From Monocercomonoides exilis PA203 (taxonomy: Eukaryota > Protista > Preaxostyla), in NCBI GenBank assembly GCA_001643675.2, contig LSRY02000023.1, positions 1,116,001-1,180,000 of the forward strand: a stretch of DNA of 64,000 nucleotides. The letters run 5' to 3'. Below, one piece after another: positions 10,918-24,417 of the stretch. The position numbers and the translations under genes are program-made. The number at the start of each line of letters is the position of its first letter. Position 1 is the first letter of the stretch. The notes beneath the pieces are model-generated. The model was not told the origin of the DNA and searched no databases. It worked only from the letters and a program-made list of their open reading frames with translations.

Positions 10918-13900
10918 TTAAAATTTACCATTAAGCAACTGGGTAGATGCGTCAAAGAGAAATGAAAATGGTATTCCCTGCGGATTACCAAACAGAGCCT
11001 GCATCATTGGCAACTCGCTTGTAGACGAGGAATCAGCTGCGGAATTTATTTCTGATCCGTCTTGATAATCTCTATCTCTTCTTGCAGCTGAATGTCTCTT
11101 TGCTCTTCTTCTTTTCTCATCTTTTTGTTTTTCCTTCCATTTCTGTATTTTCTTCCTGCTTGCCTGTTTAATCTTTTGCATGTCCTTAAATAAGCCTCTT
11201 GGAACACGCGAGCCGTCTCTGCTGATGATGACATTTTTGCCAGCATTTGAAGGAGATGTCAAAAATGATGCTTCATCCATTTCATTTTGCTCGCTTTGTT
11301 CTTTTAAGCCTTCCAATACACGCTCACGATGTCTTCTTCTTTTCTCTCTTGCTTTCTGCTTTTCTCGCTCTTTCTCTTTTTCTTTCTCTTTCTCTTTTTC
11401 CTTTGATTTTTCTCCAATCTTTTCTTTTCTCTCCTTCTCCTTCTTTTTCTCCTTCTTTTTGTTTCCTTGCTTCCTAGCATCCAATATATTGCTCCCTCTA
11501 TCATAAATACCTCTATCATCATCTTCTTCTCCTTCTTCATTGATTGGATTAATAACTCCCTCTATTTCTGGTGATAAAGGCACAAAAGGTGATATTTCCT
11601 TCGCAAACGGAGAAGAAACAGAAGGAGTGGAAAATTCACCAAATGAATTCAAAGAAGATATATTTTGTTTCGTTCCTCTTTTCATTCCTTTTCCCTTTCC
11701 TCTTTCTCTTTCTCTTCCCATTCCAAATCCTAATTCATCATCATTCATTGAATATTCCACTTCTTTCTCTTTTCCTCCTCTTCCCTTCTTCATCTTCATC
11801 TTCTTCGGAGTCTGTTGTTGAGTTGCATATGAACCAAAGAATTGATTTTGCATTTGTTGATAGCTTTGTTCATCCTGTTTGTGTTCGTGATTTTTCTCAT
11901 TTTTCTCATTTTTCTGTTTCTTCTGTTCTTTTTTGTTCTCTTTGAACTTGAATGGGCTATTTATGCTTCCTTTTATTCCTCTATATACTTCTTCATCTTC
12001 ATCTTCATCTTCATCTTCATCTTCCACAATTTTCTTCCCAAAATACCTCTTCTGCTTTGTTTTGTATATTCCCATTGCATTCAACGTTGTTGCTGCATCT
12101 TCTTCTTCTCTTTCTCTTTCTCCTTCTCTCTTTCTTCCTCCATATGATTTAACAGGAGTTGAAATGGAAGAAGAAGAAAGAGAAGGAGAAATCAATGAAA
12201 GATTAGCTAATTCAGGGGAATGATTGATTTCCTGTGAATTCTTCTTCATTTTGTTCAGCTTGCTCAATCTTTGCGTCTCTTTGAAACGTTGTTGGTTGGG
12301 GCGATAAACATGTTTGAAGGGGGAAGAAGAAGAGGGAGTGGAGAAAGAAGAAGAGGAGGAGGAGGAAGACGATGATGAAGAAGAATGTGATTGCGAAGGA
12401 GTGTAATGAATAGAAGATGAGAAAGACTTTGGTGTGGATGGAGAAGAAAGAGAAGAAAGAGAAGAAGATGATGAAGACTTTGGAGTTGAATGAGCTGCTG
12501 CTTGTAATTTTAAACGTTGCACATTCCATGGCTTTGGCTTTGAAGTGTATTTCTCCATTAACTTAGCATCTTCATCATCATCATCTTCTTCTTCTTCTTC
12601 TTCTCTCTCATTCTCTTCATCATCGTTATCGTCGTCATCATCATCATCATTTATAAGCATCTTATGCCCTCTTCCATATCTTTCTTTTCTTCCCTCTTTC
12701 TTCGTTTTATTTGATTTCTTCGTTTTTGTTTTCATCTTCTTTATCTGCTTTGTATGAATTACAAGATCTTCATCTTCTTCATCTTCTTCATCATTGTCTT
12801 CCTCTTCTTCTTCTTCTTTTCTTTCATTTTCTCCTCTATTTGCTCTTAATACTTCCTCCACAACCTGATAACCATCACTAACATTATTTTTCTTCTTCTT
12901 CTTCTTCTCTTCCCTCTCTCTTTCTTTCTTCTTCTCTTCCTCTCCTCTTTCTCCTTCTTCTCCTTCTTCTCCTTCTTCTCCTTCTTCTCCCTCTCCCTCT
13001 CCTTTCTTCGTCTTCATCTTTGGTGATGAAACAGGGCTGTATCTTTCAGCTGACAACAAGAATTCGTCATATGACACACCTTCCTCCATCACAATCGTCT
13101 TCTCCTTTGACTCACCCATCAATCCTACTGATGCATCGGCATATGATGATGATGATGAAGATGATGGGTTATTCTTGTTTATTGGCTCTTTAACTGCTTC
13201 TGCTTCTTCGTTCATTGCTTCGGGTTCTTCATCAGCTTTTTTCTCGTTCTTCCGTTTTGGTGAATCCTTTGTTCTTGCTTCTTTCTCTTTTTTCTTGTTT
13301 GCTTCTTCTTCTTCTTCCTCTTCCTCATCTTCATTATCACTTTCATTGTCTTCATCACTCTCATCATCTCTATCTTCTTCTTCTTCCTTCTCCTTCTCCA
13401 CTTCCTCCTCCTCCTCCTCATCATCATCATCATAATCATGCAATGCGTGTATCTCATCCTCCTCCTCATACAACTCCCTCGCATCCACCACATCTTCTTC
13501 TTCTCTTCTTCCTTTCTCTTCTCCTTCATTCTTCTCCATCTTCTCTGATTGTTCTGTTTGTTCCATCTCTAATTCACTCCCAAAGATTGCCTCTAGTTCT
13601 GGATCACAAAATCCGCTGTTGTTTGAGAGATGGCTGTTGAATGGAGAGGAATAAGAAGAAGAATAAGAAGAAGGATAAGAAGAAGAAGAATGACGAAGAG
13701 GTTGATGGAATAAATGTGATGATGGAGAGAACTGTGATTGTGGATAGTGGAGAGGAATATTGGAATGCTTAGAGCTTTTGTGAGTGTGTTTATGTTTGTG
13801 ATGAAGAAGAGAAGAATTTTCATTATCATCATCATTTCTATTCATTCTATGTTTATCATCATAATGTTTATGATGATGATGATGATGATGATGATCTTTA

Positions 13901-16900
13901 TGTTCATGTTTATGTTTCTGTTTATTCATATTGATTGGCTGAAGAGATATTCTCTTCTGCCATTTCTGATTGAAAGCAGAAGAAGAGGCAGAAGATGCAC
14001 TGAATGACGAGTCGATCTCAGATTCTGATTCTACGTGTGCCATTGAATGAGAAGAGGATGATGATGATGATGATGCTTCTGAAGAAGAAGAAGAGGAAGA
14101 AACAGAACTTGTGTCTTCTTCATTGATTTTGTTGTCATTTTCATCTGAAGATGACTCAGATGAAGATGAAGAAGAAGATAAACTTTCTTCTTTTATTTCT
14201 TCTTCTTCTTCTCTTCCTCCATTCATCCCTCCATACATCCTCCTCCTCCTCCTCCTCTCTCTCTCTTCTTCTTCTTCATATCCTCTTCCTTCTCTTCTTC
14301 TTCTTCTCGTTGTCATTCCTTCTTCATCACTACTTACTCCTTCTTCTTCCTCCTCCTCCTCCTCTTCATCATCTTCATCATCCTCTTTGTATATCCCTCT
14401 TCTCATCTGTCTTGTCGCTCTTCTCCTTGATGAAATTCTAAATGAATTCAAATCAATATCATCTTCACTTTCTCCTTCAAATCTGTTTTCTTCTTCTTCA
14501 TCTTCTTCATCATCTCCATATCCATCATTGATATTATACCCTCCTCCATTAAATCGTTTTGTTATTCTTCCTTCCATTTCATCTTCGTCTTCTTCATTCA
14601 CATTTCTTTCTTCTTCTTCATCATCTTCCTCCTCCTCATCATCATCATCGTAATCATCCTCATCCACATAGTTATAATCATTCACTCCATCATAATCACT
14701 GTCATCTCCATCAAACCCTGTATACCTCCACTCCTCTTTCCCTGCCCTTCCTCCTCCTCCTCCTCCTTCTCTTCCTCCTCCTCTCTCTTCATCTTCTTCT
14801 TCTTCTTTTTCATATTCATCATCGTAATCATCATTATATCCTTCTTCTTCTTCTTCCTCTTCCCCACTTAATCCTCCTCCTCTTCTCTCTCCTCTCATTC
14901 CTTCTCTCTCCTCCTCTCCTCCTCCTCTCCTCTTTCTGTTTATTCTCATCCTCTCCTCTTCTCCAAAATACCCTTCCTTTCCCATCTTCCTCCTCAAATT
15001 GCTTCCTTTCTCGTCTCTGTTCGTCCTGTTGAATGAGAAAGTGGCCATCTCCTTTCGTTTTGCCATCCTCAGCTGCTCAATTGTGGGCGAATGGAATGTG
15101 TTGAATGAATCAAATGAATCAAATGAATGCACTCCCTCACTTTCAGAATCCGTGTTATCTTCCATAAAATCAAAATCATGGAAGTTCTTGGCAAGATATG
15201 AGTTTCTGGGCTTCCCAATGATTTTTGTGTGTTTGCTGTTGTATTTCGCCCTTTCTTTCGCCTCAATCTCTTTTAAATCGTCTTCGTTCCGAGGAAGACG
15301 AGGAAATTCTCGTTCGCTTTCATCAACTGATGATGATGACATACCGCTACTGCTGCTGACTTCATCATCATCATCATCATCATTGTCTTCATATTCATTA
15401 TCTTTATCGTTATTTTCATTGCCTTCTTCTTCTTCTTCTTCTCTTCCTTCTCTTCCTTTCTCTCTCCTTCTTCTGTTCATCTTCTCCTTCTGCTTTGAAA
15501 CCAATGCCATCTTTTCTCTAATATCTCTATGGAAGTCATCTTCGCTCCCACTCTTCTCTTCTTCTTCTCTTTCTTTTCCTTCTCTTTCTTTTCCTCCTTC
15601 TCCTCCTTCTCCTCCTTCTCCTTCTTCAGAACTCATATCACTTGACTCAATGTTGCTGTTATTATTGTCTTCTTCCTCTCCTTCCTCTTCCTCATCATCA
15701 TCATCATCTGCACTCATACTCATACTCAACTTCGTTCTTCTTCTTTCCTTTCCTTCTCTTTCTTTTCCTCTTCTCGTCTTCCTCTCCTTCTCCTCCCCTT
15801 CTTCTTCCTCTTCTTCTTCTTCTTCTTCCTCTCCCTCTCTTCTCCTTCCTCTACTCCTCGCAAACTCACTCCCAATGCTGTCCATGATGTGATTCAGTGG
15901 AGAATTCATTCGAGAGACTGCTGTGAAGGGAGGGGGAGAAGCACTAAGAGGAGGAGGAGGCTGGTGGAAGTGGCGTGTGGGTGCTTCAAGGGAAGCTTTG
16001 CTGGAGACGGGGGGAGAGAGAGAGGAAGAGGAGGAGGAGGAAGAAGAAGGTAAGGAGGATGATGATGAAGAGGTTGAGGTTGAGGTTAGAGGAGTAAATG
16101 GAATGGAAGAAGAAGATGATGAAGTGGATGAAGAAGATGAAGAAGATGATGATGATGAAGCAGAAGAAGACAAAGAAGACGACGAAGAAGAAGGAATTGC
16201 CAGTGTATTCCTCACTTTCGAAGCTGAGGACAAGAAAGAATTTGCAAACGGCGAAGAATTGAGATGAGTGAGTCTTCTTGTCCTGTCTCTCTCTCTGTCT
16301 GCTGTGTGAGTGATGTCTGTGATGGTAGATGTGACACCCATTGTTTCATTCAGAGTGGAGCTGAGTCTGTTCTCGGTGGTGTGCTGCGTGTGGATGGTGG
16401 TGAGATTGGAAGAGGAGGAGGAGGAAGAAGAAGAAGAAGAAGAAGAGGAGGAGGAGGAGGAGGGAAGAAGAATACGATGCGGGGGAGTGGAGAAAGAGGA
16501 AGAAGAAGATGATGATGAATTAACATCATCTTCTTTTTCCATCTTTTGTTCTGTTTCAATTGCATGTGCTTTATCATCTTCTTCATCTTCGTCTTCGTCT
16601 TCGTCATCCCCTGATGATTTTTTGGACAATTTACTTTTGTTATTTTCCTTCATCTTTTGAGTACGTAGTTGCTCTTTTTCATCTTCCTCTTCTTCTTCTT
16701 CTCTCTCTCTCTCTTCCTTCTCTTCTTCCTTCTCCTCTTCCTTTTCTTCCTCCTTCCTCTCATTCCATTCACTTAATTCACTCGATTCATTCCTCTTCCT
16801 CTCCTTGAATGTCTGTGTCATAGTGAATGCAGAGTGGGGTGATGCCACATGCTCAGTGGGTGTTAGACGCTTTGGCTGTCTCTTATCAAAAGAGCTGTTG

Positions 16901-16978
16901 ATGTTATTGTTTGTGTTGGTTAATGGCTCAGGAGGAGTGGAAAGAAGAGAGGAGGAGGAAGAAGATGATGATAGAGAA

Positions 16979-17032
<54 letters not shown>

Positions 17033-20000
17033 TTATTTGTTGAAGAAGAAGAAGAAGCAGAAGAATTAGAAGAAATAAAAGCTTCATCAAATATCGGAGG
17101 CAGTTGAGGGGTAGTTGTTGACAAGAGAACATCAGCAGTGACATTAGACTCATCAATGAGGAGATTAGCATCAGCATCCATCAGAGTTAAAGAGGGAGGA
17201 GAAGGAGAGAGATGATCAAGGGAAGAGAGTGGATCATAAGAAGAGGAAGAAGAAGAGGAAGAAGAAGATGATGATGATGAAATAGAAGAGGAGGAAGAGG
17301 AGGAAGAAGAAAGAGAAGAGGAAGAGGAAGAAGAAGAAGAAGAAGAAGGCAATGAAGGAGAAGAAGAGGTAGAGCTGATGTAGAGAGGGACGGGGGCTTT
17401 GACAGTAGGTGTGGAGAGGATGATGGGAGTGGTTTTAGAGGAAGAAAGAGAAGAAGAAGAGGAAGATGATGAAGTTGATGAATCAATGATCACTTTCGCC
17501 TTATTCTTTTCTTTCTTCATCATCATCATCATCATCTTTTCATTTCCACTCTCAATTTTCACATCTTCTTCCATCTTCATCTCTTCATCTTCCACTCCAA
17601 ATTTAGAATTTTCATCTTTTTTTCTCTTTTTTTCTTCCTCTTCTCCACCAATAAATGAATGGAAAATGATGGGTTTTATATCATTTATGGCTAATGTGGT
17701 AGGATTTGTGGATGAAGAAGGGGTGTTTTTGAATGGAGTGGAGAGAGGAGAGACAAGATTCTGATGGGAATTGGGGGTGGAAGAAGAAGATAAGGAAGAG
17801 GAGGAAGAAGAAGAAAGATGAGAAGAAATAGAAGAAGAAGAAGAAGAAGCGGATAAGCTTGTTTCCTTGTTGATTGATTGGATTTCTGTTTCTTTGTGTT
17901 TGGCATGTTTTTTTGAAGAACTTTCAACATTATCTTCTTCTCCTTCTTCTTCTTCTTCTTCACTCACTTCTTTCAATTTTCCTTTCTCTTTCTCTCCTTC
18001 TTCTCTTCCTTCTCCTCCCTTTGTCTTCCTCTCCTTCTCTTCCCTTCCCTCTTTTCCTTCTCTCCCTTCTCTCCCTTCTCTCCCTTCCTTCCTCTCCTTC
18101 ATCTCCTTCATCTCCTTCATCTCCTTCATCCCTTTCAATTCCCTCATCTCCCTCATCCCCTTCATCTCCCCCACGCTAATCACACATCCCCCATGCCACA
18201 CCCATCTCAATCTCCGTTCTCTCTTCAGAATGTCTTGTGTGTTTGTCCCAAAAGATGCATCCCACACTTCATCTTCTGTGTGGATGGCATTGAAGAAGCG
18301 ATGGAGATAAGGCAATGAACGGAAGCGGAGGAGGGCGGGGGAGGAGACGATGGAGGAGAGAGAGGAAGAAGAAGAAGATATAGATGATTGAAATGGGACA
18401 GGGGAAATAGAGGAAGCATAAAGATTGCTTCCATTATCAACAGAAGATGGAGAAGAAGGAGAAGAGAGAGAAGGAGAAGGAGAAGCAACAGAAGAAGGAG
18501 AAAGAGCTAAATCAGGTGAATGCACGATGAACTGAGTGAAAGAAGCAAGCTGTGCAATGGAGACAGCTCTGATGTTGGAAGGGAAGAGGAGAGGGATGGA
18601 AGAGAGAGAAGAAGAGGAAGAGGAGGAAGGAGGAGGAGATTCAACGACTTGTGGGGTGTTGGCGATGTGGGGGACAAGACTGATACGCATTTCAGGTGGG
18701 AGGGAGAGAGAGGAAGGAGGGGAAGAGAGGGAAGAAGAAGAAGAAGAAGAAGAAGAAGAAGAAGAAGAAGAAGAAGAAGAAGAAAGGGGAGAAGGAGGAG
18801 AAGATGATGCGGTTGTTATCATAGAAGAGTTTGGTGTGTCCATACTCATCAGTGTTGTTGGACGTGGTTTAATTATCCCTTGTTGTTCAATCGATTCACC
18901 TCCTATTCTTCTCTCTCCTTCTTCTTTCCCTTCCTCTCCTTCTTCTTTGCCTTGTTGAACATTCTGAGTTAGTAATTGATTCGGTTGTTGATTGATTCCT
19001 ATATTTGATGCATTCTTATTAGTATCATTATTATTAACAGAATAGCATCTCGTTATCTTCTCCTCTTCGTCTGTCTCCCATGGCCACAAGAAGCAGAAAG
19101 GGCGAAGGAAAAGAGAAGAACGCAAGCCAACAAAGGGGTCGAAGGGAAAGAGGCCATAGCAATCTTCTTTGAGGGGAGAGCACACTGCACAGCCACAGGA
19201 GAAGGAGGAGGGGGAAGATGAGAGAGAGGAAGAGGAAGAGGAGAGAGAAGAAAGAGAAGAAGAAAGAGAAGTATTTGTATTATTTCCTGTTTGTTTGTTG
19301 TTTATATCTTCCTTCACATCAGAAATAACAGGTTTTTCATCAATATCCATCTTAATACTCACTTCATTCCCTTCTTCTTTCTCTTTCTCTCTTCCTCCTT
19401 CACTTCCTCCTCCTTCACTTCCTCCTCCTTCACTTCCTCCTCCTTCACTTCCTCCACTTCTCCTCCTCCTCCTCCTCCTCCTCTCCTTCTCCCTCTTTCT
19501 CTCCTCTTTCTCTCTCTGCACTCCAAAACTAATAGCCCTCTGTTGGCAAGGAGACAACCGATTTCTCAAGTCATCCACACCCAACAGCCAGCAACACCTC
19601 ACAAATTCTGTGCCGATGATTGGATGGCACCAGAGGAGAGGGGAGAGAGTTAAGGGGAGTGGGGATGGGAGAAGGAGAGAGGGAGGAGAAGAAGAAGAAG
19701 GAGAGGATGAAGAGGATGAAGAAGATATTAACGACAAAGAAGGAATTTTTAGATTCGATTTATTTGCAAGAGAAGAAGAAGAAGAATAAGAAGAACTAGC
19801 AGCCTGTATCACATTGAAGGGGACAAACGCATTCAATGCCACATTCTCTGGGAAGGAAGGCCCTGTGATGAGTTCGATGGACTTTCTGTGGGACAAATAG
19901 AAGGATCTGAGTCTTGTGCTGTAAATGCGCCTTTTTGAGGCGAAGACAGAGAAGAATGACTGGCACATAACATAGAAGAGAGCATGGAATTGGAGTTGTT

Positions 20001-22989
20001 GGGAAGAAGAGGAGGGAGAAGAAGAGGGAGAGGAGGAAGAGGAGGAAGAAGAAGAGGAAGAGGAGGAAGAAGGAGGGAGGAGAGAAGAAGAAGGGGAAGG
20101 AGAAGGAGAGGGAAAGGGGGAGGGAGAAGGGGAAGGAAAAATAGTAGATGAGGAAGAGGAAGAAGAAGAAGAATTGTCAATGAATTGTATTGAAGAAGAA
20201 GAAGAAGAAGAAGAAGGTTGTTGATATGCAGGAGTTAGAGCAAGAGAAGGAATGGAATAATAAGAAGAGGAAAAGGAAGAAGAAGAAGAAGATGATGATG
20301 ATGATGATGATGATGAAAGACTGTTGTATGCAGGTGAAATGGAAGATGAGTGAAGCGAATAAGGTGTATGCAATGAAGAGTCAGAGGAAGAGGAAGAAGA
20401 AGGAGAAAGAGAAAGAGAAAGAGAAGATGATGAAGAAGAAGAGGAAGGAGAAGGATAAAGAGAGAAAGGAGAAGGAGAAGGAGAGGAAGAAACAACGGGA
20501 AAGGAAGGGGGTGAAGTGAAGGCATCAGAAATGGCAGAGGAAGAATGATGAAGATGTTGTGCTTGGATTTGTGTGGACGGAAGAGAAGAAGAAGGAGAAA
20601 GAGAGAGAGAAGGAGAAAGGGAAGGAGAAGGAGAAAGAGAAGAAGAAGGAGAAGGATTTTGAGAGAGGGGAGGAGAACGAGAGGCAGGGACAAAGGATCT
20701 TCTGGCAGAAGGGGGTGAATAATAAGGCTTGATAGAGACAGAAATAGAAGAATTAGAATTGCTGTTAGGGTTGCTATTGCTATTGTTATTGATGTTGGAA
20801 GAGGATTGAGAATAAACAGAGGAAGAAGAAGAAGGAGAAGGAGAAGAAGGAGAAGAAGGAGAAGAAAGAGAAGAAAGAGAAGAAAGAGAAGAAGAGGAGG
20901 AAGATAATGATGATAGCGGTGATGATGATGATGATGATGATGATGTGATAGTTTTAGGAGAAATGGAAGAAGAAGAAGAAGAAGTCAAATTTTGCATAGA
21001 AGAAGAAGAAGATACAGCAACTCCTTCACTCATGTTATTCTGCAACATCGCTATAGAATTCGCACTCAACGCATATCTCTTCTCCTTCTTCATCTTCACC
21101 AGCATAATCTTCTGCTGTGCTTCCGCATATTTCCTCACCCACTCCAGTATGAATTCTAAGTATTTGGCAACCACAGGCCAAGAGATGAAAGGGGAGCGTG
21201 TGAGGAATGCAGCTAAATGGACAGCGCATGTGTAGCAGAGTGACTCAGAAGTGGCTATGAGCTGGCGGAGAGAGCGGATCTGCTCGCTTTGCCGGCGCTT
21301 TTGGTGGGAGGAGAGAGAAGAAGAAGAAGAGGATGAGGAGGAAGAAGAAGAAGAAAGAGAAGAAGAGAGAAAGAAAGGGGTGTGGGAAGGTGTGGAGATG
21401 AGGGAAGGAGAAGGAGAAGGGGAAGGGGAAGGGGAGGGGGAGGGAGAAATGGAGAGAGAATGAAGAGATTGCAATGAAGATGATAGACGAGAAGAGGAAG
21501 AAGAAGAAGAAGAAGAAACAGAAGAACGTCTTGATAATGCTGAAGAAGGAGTGGAAAACAATGAAATTCCCTTGTGATTGGAGAAGGAGGCAGAGAGGGG
21601 AGTGGCAGAAGGTGAAGGGAAGCTGATGAGAGAAGGTTTGGACTGTTGAGTAGGTGTGGATGTTGCGATTGATAGAGAAGATAATGAAGAAGAGGAAGAG
21701 GAAGAGGAGGAAGGAGAAGAAGGAGTAGGAGTGGAGGAGGATGAGAAAGAGGATGATGAAGAAATAGATGAAGATGTTGGTGTCTTCAGAAGAGAAGGTA
21801 AAGATGATGAAGGTGAAGATGAAGTAGTAGTAGTAGTAGATGGATGAAACAGAACAGAAGAAGAATATGGAGCAACCAGAATATCTGCCAGAGCTGTCAA
21901 TCTTGTTGTGTATTTGGAGAGAGGAAGAAAAAGCGAACTCAGCACAGCACACGACAGACTATCTGGATTGCCTGTTGTTGCTCGCTCAGATGGAGAATTG
22001 GAGAGTGTTGAGGAGGAAGCTGACCGAGAAAGAGGAGCAGGAGATGCTCCGTCGCGAGTTCTGTGTGAAGGATCGGTTGATGCCAGGGGTTCCATTTCAT
22101 CTGCTCTGGATAAGCTTCTGAATTGCTGAATGCTGTTCTCAAGAAATGGCATCCTGCCATCTTGGCACGAGTACGAGTGCAGTGCGCATACCCACAACAC
22201 AAGGAATTTCACTCTTTGGCACCGTGCAGGAGATAAAAGCGTTGTTTCAAATTGTTTAAATAAGGCCTGAAAGACTTTATCTTTGTATTTCTGAGTTGTT
22301 TTCTCATTTATCACAAGAGAATGTGCACCAGATTGGCATTCAGGCCATGATGAAGGATCAGATAAAAATAAAAAATCGCGTGATCTCAAAACAAGAAATG
22401 GTGTCCTATTTTTTTCGTCACAGAAAACAAAAGTCAAAAAAAGAAACATCATCTCCATCACCAGATCAAATTTTCCCAAATCATCTAAAAGTGTATTTTC
22501 TTCTGTTAAATCTTGACTGGAACCCAGTGAATCAGTAATGGCATTAATTGCAGATAATTCTGCTCGTTCTTGTTCGCTAAGTTCTATTTCATCAAGTTGA
22601 ATCTGATAAAAAATAGTAAGCGTAGCAAAAAATTATAATGATCAAAAATTTTCAAAAATCAAATATACATCTAAAGCCATGAGTTTATCAAATATCATGG
22701 GAATAATTTGTTCCTGAACAGAAGGGTTATATCTGCATATAAAAAACACAAGGTCATAATATCGTCTATGAACATCTGATGTTCGTTTTTCATGTGGAAA
22801 AAACTGAGTTATTATTGAAGTCAAATAGGAATTAGCAAGCGGGACACGATTTAAAACGTTTGCAATATAAATATTGATATTTTTAAAATATGAGTCTTCA
22901 GAGCTCTGTTGATTAAGGTTTAAGTATTTATCGAAAAAAGCATGATAGACTGGCTCTATTAGTTCTGGCTGTGCTATGAGCTTTTCCAT
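10918..22989 (-). CDS. RRN3: RNA polymerase I initiation factor RRN3/TIF-IA, very expanded (~4,000 aa)
   Basis: RRN3 blocks occur in order: VLNRVPLA...QFFPH...IIPMIFDKLMALD, an intron at ~22668-22603, KFDLVMEMMFLFL, LFKQFETTLL...VKFLVLWVC, HLAAFLTRSPFI...YLEFILEWVRKY, HALFYVMCQSFFSVF, LSPLLWCHP and FPFDPF...SLFLRPF. The true 5' and 3' ends may include extra small exons. Confidence 0.85.
16975..17029. repeat. (GAT)n microsatellite encoding poly-Ser inside RRN3
   Basis: Uninterrupted gatgatgat run seen directly. Confidence 0.9.
19392..19456 (-). repeat. 15-bp tandem repeat (about 4 copies) encoding (EGGGS)n inside RRN3
   Basis: cttcctcctccttca is repeated; translation GGSEGGGSEGGGSEGGGSEGG. 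Confidence 0.9.
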
Positions 22990-23023
22990 TTTGTCGGACA
23001 GTAACGCACAGATCCGACAAAAT
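22988..23023 (-). promoter_or_regulatory. Hairpin with a perfect 11-bp stem overlapping the predicted RRN3 start codon
   Basis: attttgtcgga (22988-22998), 14-nt loop, tccgacaaaat (23013-23023). The structure is directly seen; a regulatory role is inference. Confidence 0.4.
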
Positions 23024-24417
23024 ACTCAGTAAGTATGATCTATGTAATATTATATATTTAATCAATGAATCGATCAAATTTGTAATTATTTATTTGAAAT
23101 ATTTGTTGTTTTCTTTTTTAAATAAAAATTTATCAAAAAAAAAAGTTAAGTGAATAATGTTAATAGGGATATATTATCTTTCGTAACATATCCATTTGCC
23201 TTTCATTTCACAAATTATTGACCATTTTAGGTCAGAATTTATTTTTCTTCTTTGATGAAAACGTAAATTATGATGATGATATCAAAATCAAATCCCTCAA
23301 AAATTATCATTTCAAAAACATGTGCGCTAATGTTTTGTATAATGGTGCATCTTCCTTGCATAAAATGATAAATTTACAATTTGATTTCTTTCACAATTTT
23401 TCTTTTTTCGGTTGTTTCAATGAATGTCGTTTAAAAAATATGGATAAAAGCATAATTATTGAAAAGGAAATTTCTATTAGTTACTAATTCAAACGAAAAT
23501 GTGATTAAAACTAATGTAGAATACTAAATTATCATCGAATAAGATGAAAATTTTCTTGTAAATATGTTACTCAAGAAGATTTCACTTCAAGAAAAACACA
23601 CAAAATTCGGACGTGCTGTTCAATCAAAGATATCACTCACTCATTACTTCCATCATAATACACTTTGATTTTCGCAAACACAAACACACACACACAGAAA
23701 ATTGAAAAATAACACATTATAACAAAAAGAATTTTAAAAAATCCTCTCACTTTGAATTTGAATAAAAATATCTCAAGCCAATCTGAACAAATGCAAATCA
23801 AAAGGTAATGATAAATATCAACAAAACTTAAAATAATGCAAATATTCTTTTTTTTTAATGTTAATTAGAGCGAACATATAAAAACGTTGATAGACAAAAT
23901 GAGAGAATCCTAATATAAACTGACGATGAATAAAGTCAAATAACATTACATTCTTCAATTATAACAATTCGTCAACAAAGAAAAAATCGAGTGAAAAAAA
24001 GGTGCACAAAAATATCAGACAAATTGTCTTATAATTATGCTAATCAAGAAGAAGAAAATAAACTAACTAACGAGAACATATAAATGCTATTTTCATCATT
24101 ATTCAATAAAAAAAATAACAAAAGAATTATAACAGAAACTCCTACTAATGTTCAGTTTCACTAACAAATTCATGTTACAGATGTAACTTTCACATGATAG
24201 GAAGAAGAATAAGACATACTTATCAACATTTCAGTACGTTTAAAAGATTCCGATATAACAACAATGCTTTACGTTCTTATAAAATACGCAAAGATTTCAA
24301 ATGATTGTTCTGAGAATATCCAATGAACAAACATTCATCATAACGCCATTACAAAACAACAAACTGACTGCTTCTGAAAGAAACAAATCATAAAATCGAA
24401 TTTCCGAAATGTGTAAA

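Noticed and set aside
19392-19456. (EGGGS)n resembling the filamentous-phage pIII or synthetic linker, suggesting contamination
   Set aside because: It is in frame within RRN3, built from the local GGA/GAA repeats, and has no flanking vector sequence.
11046-22202. Many overlapping or antisense ORFs rich in poly-E, poly-L, poly-F or poly-H
   Set aside because: They are shadows of stop-poor triplet repeats in the RRN3 frame. The same applies at 3136-6272 and 40000-48490.
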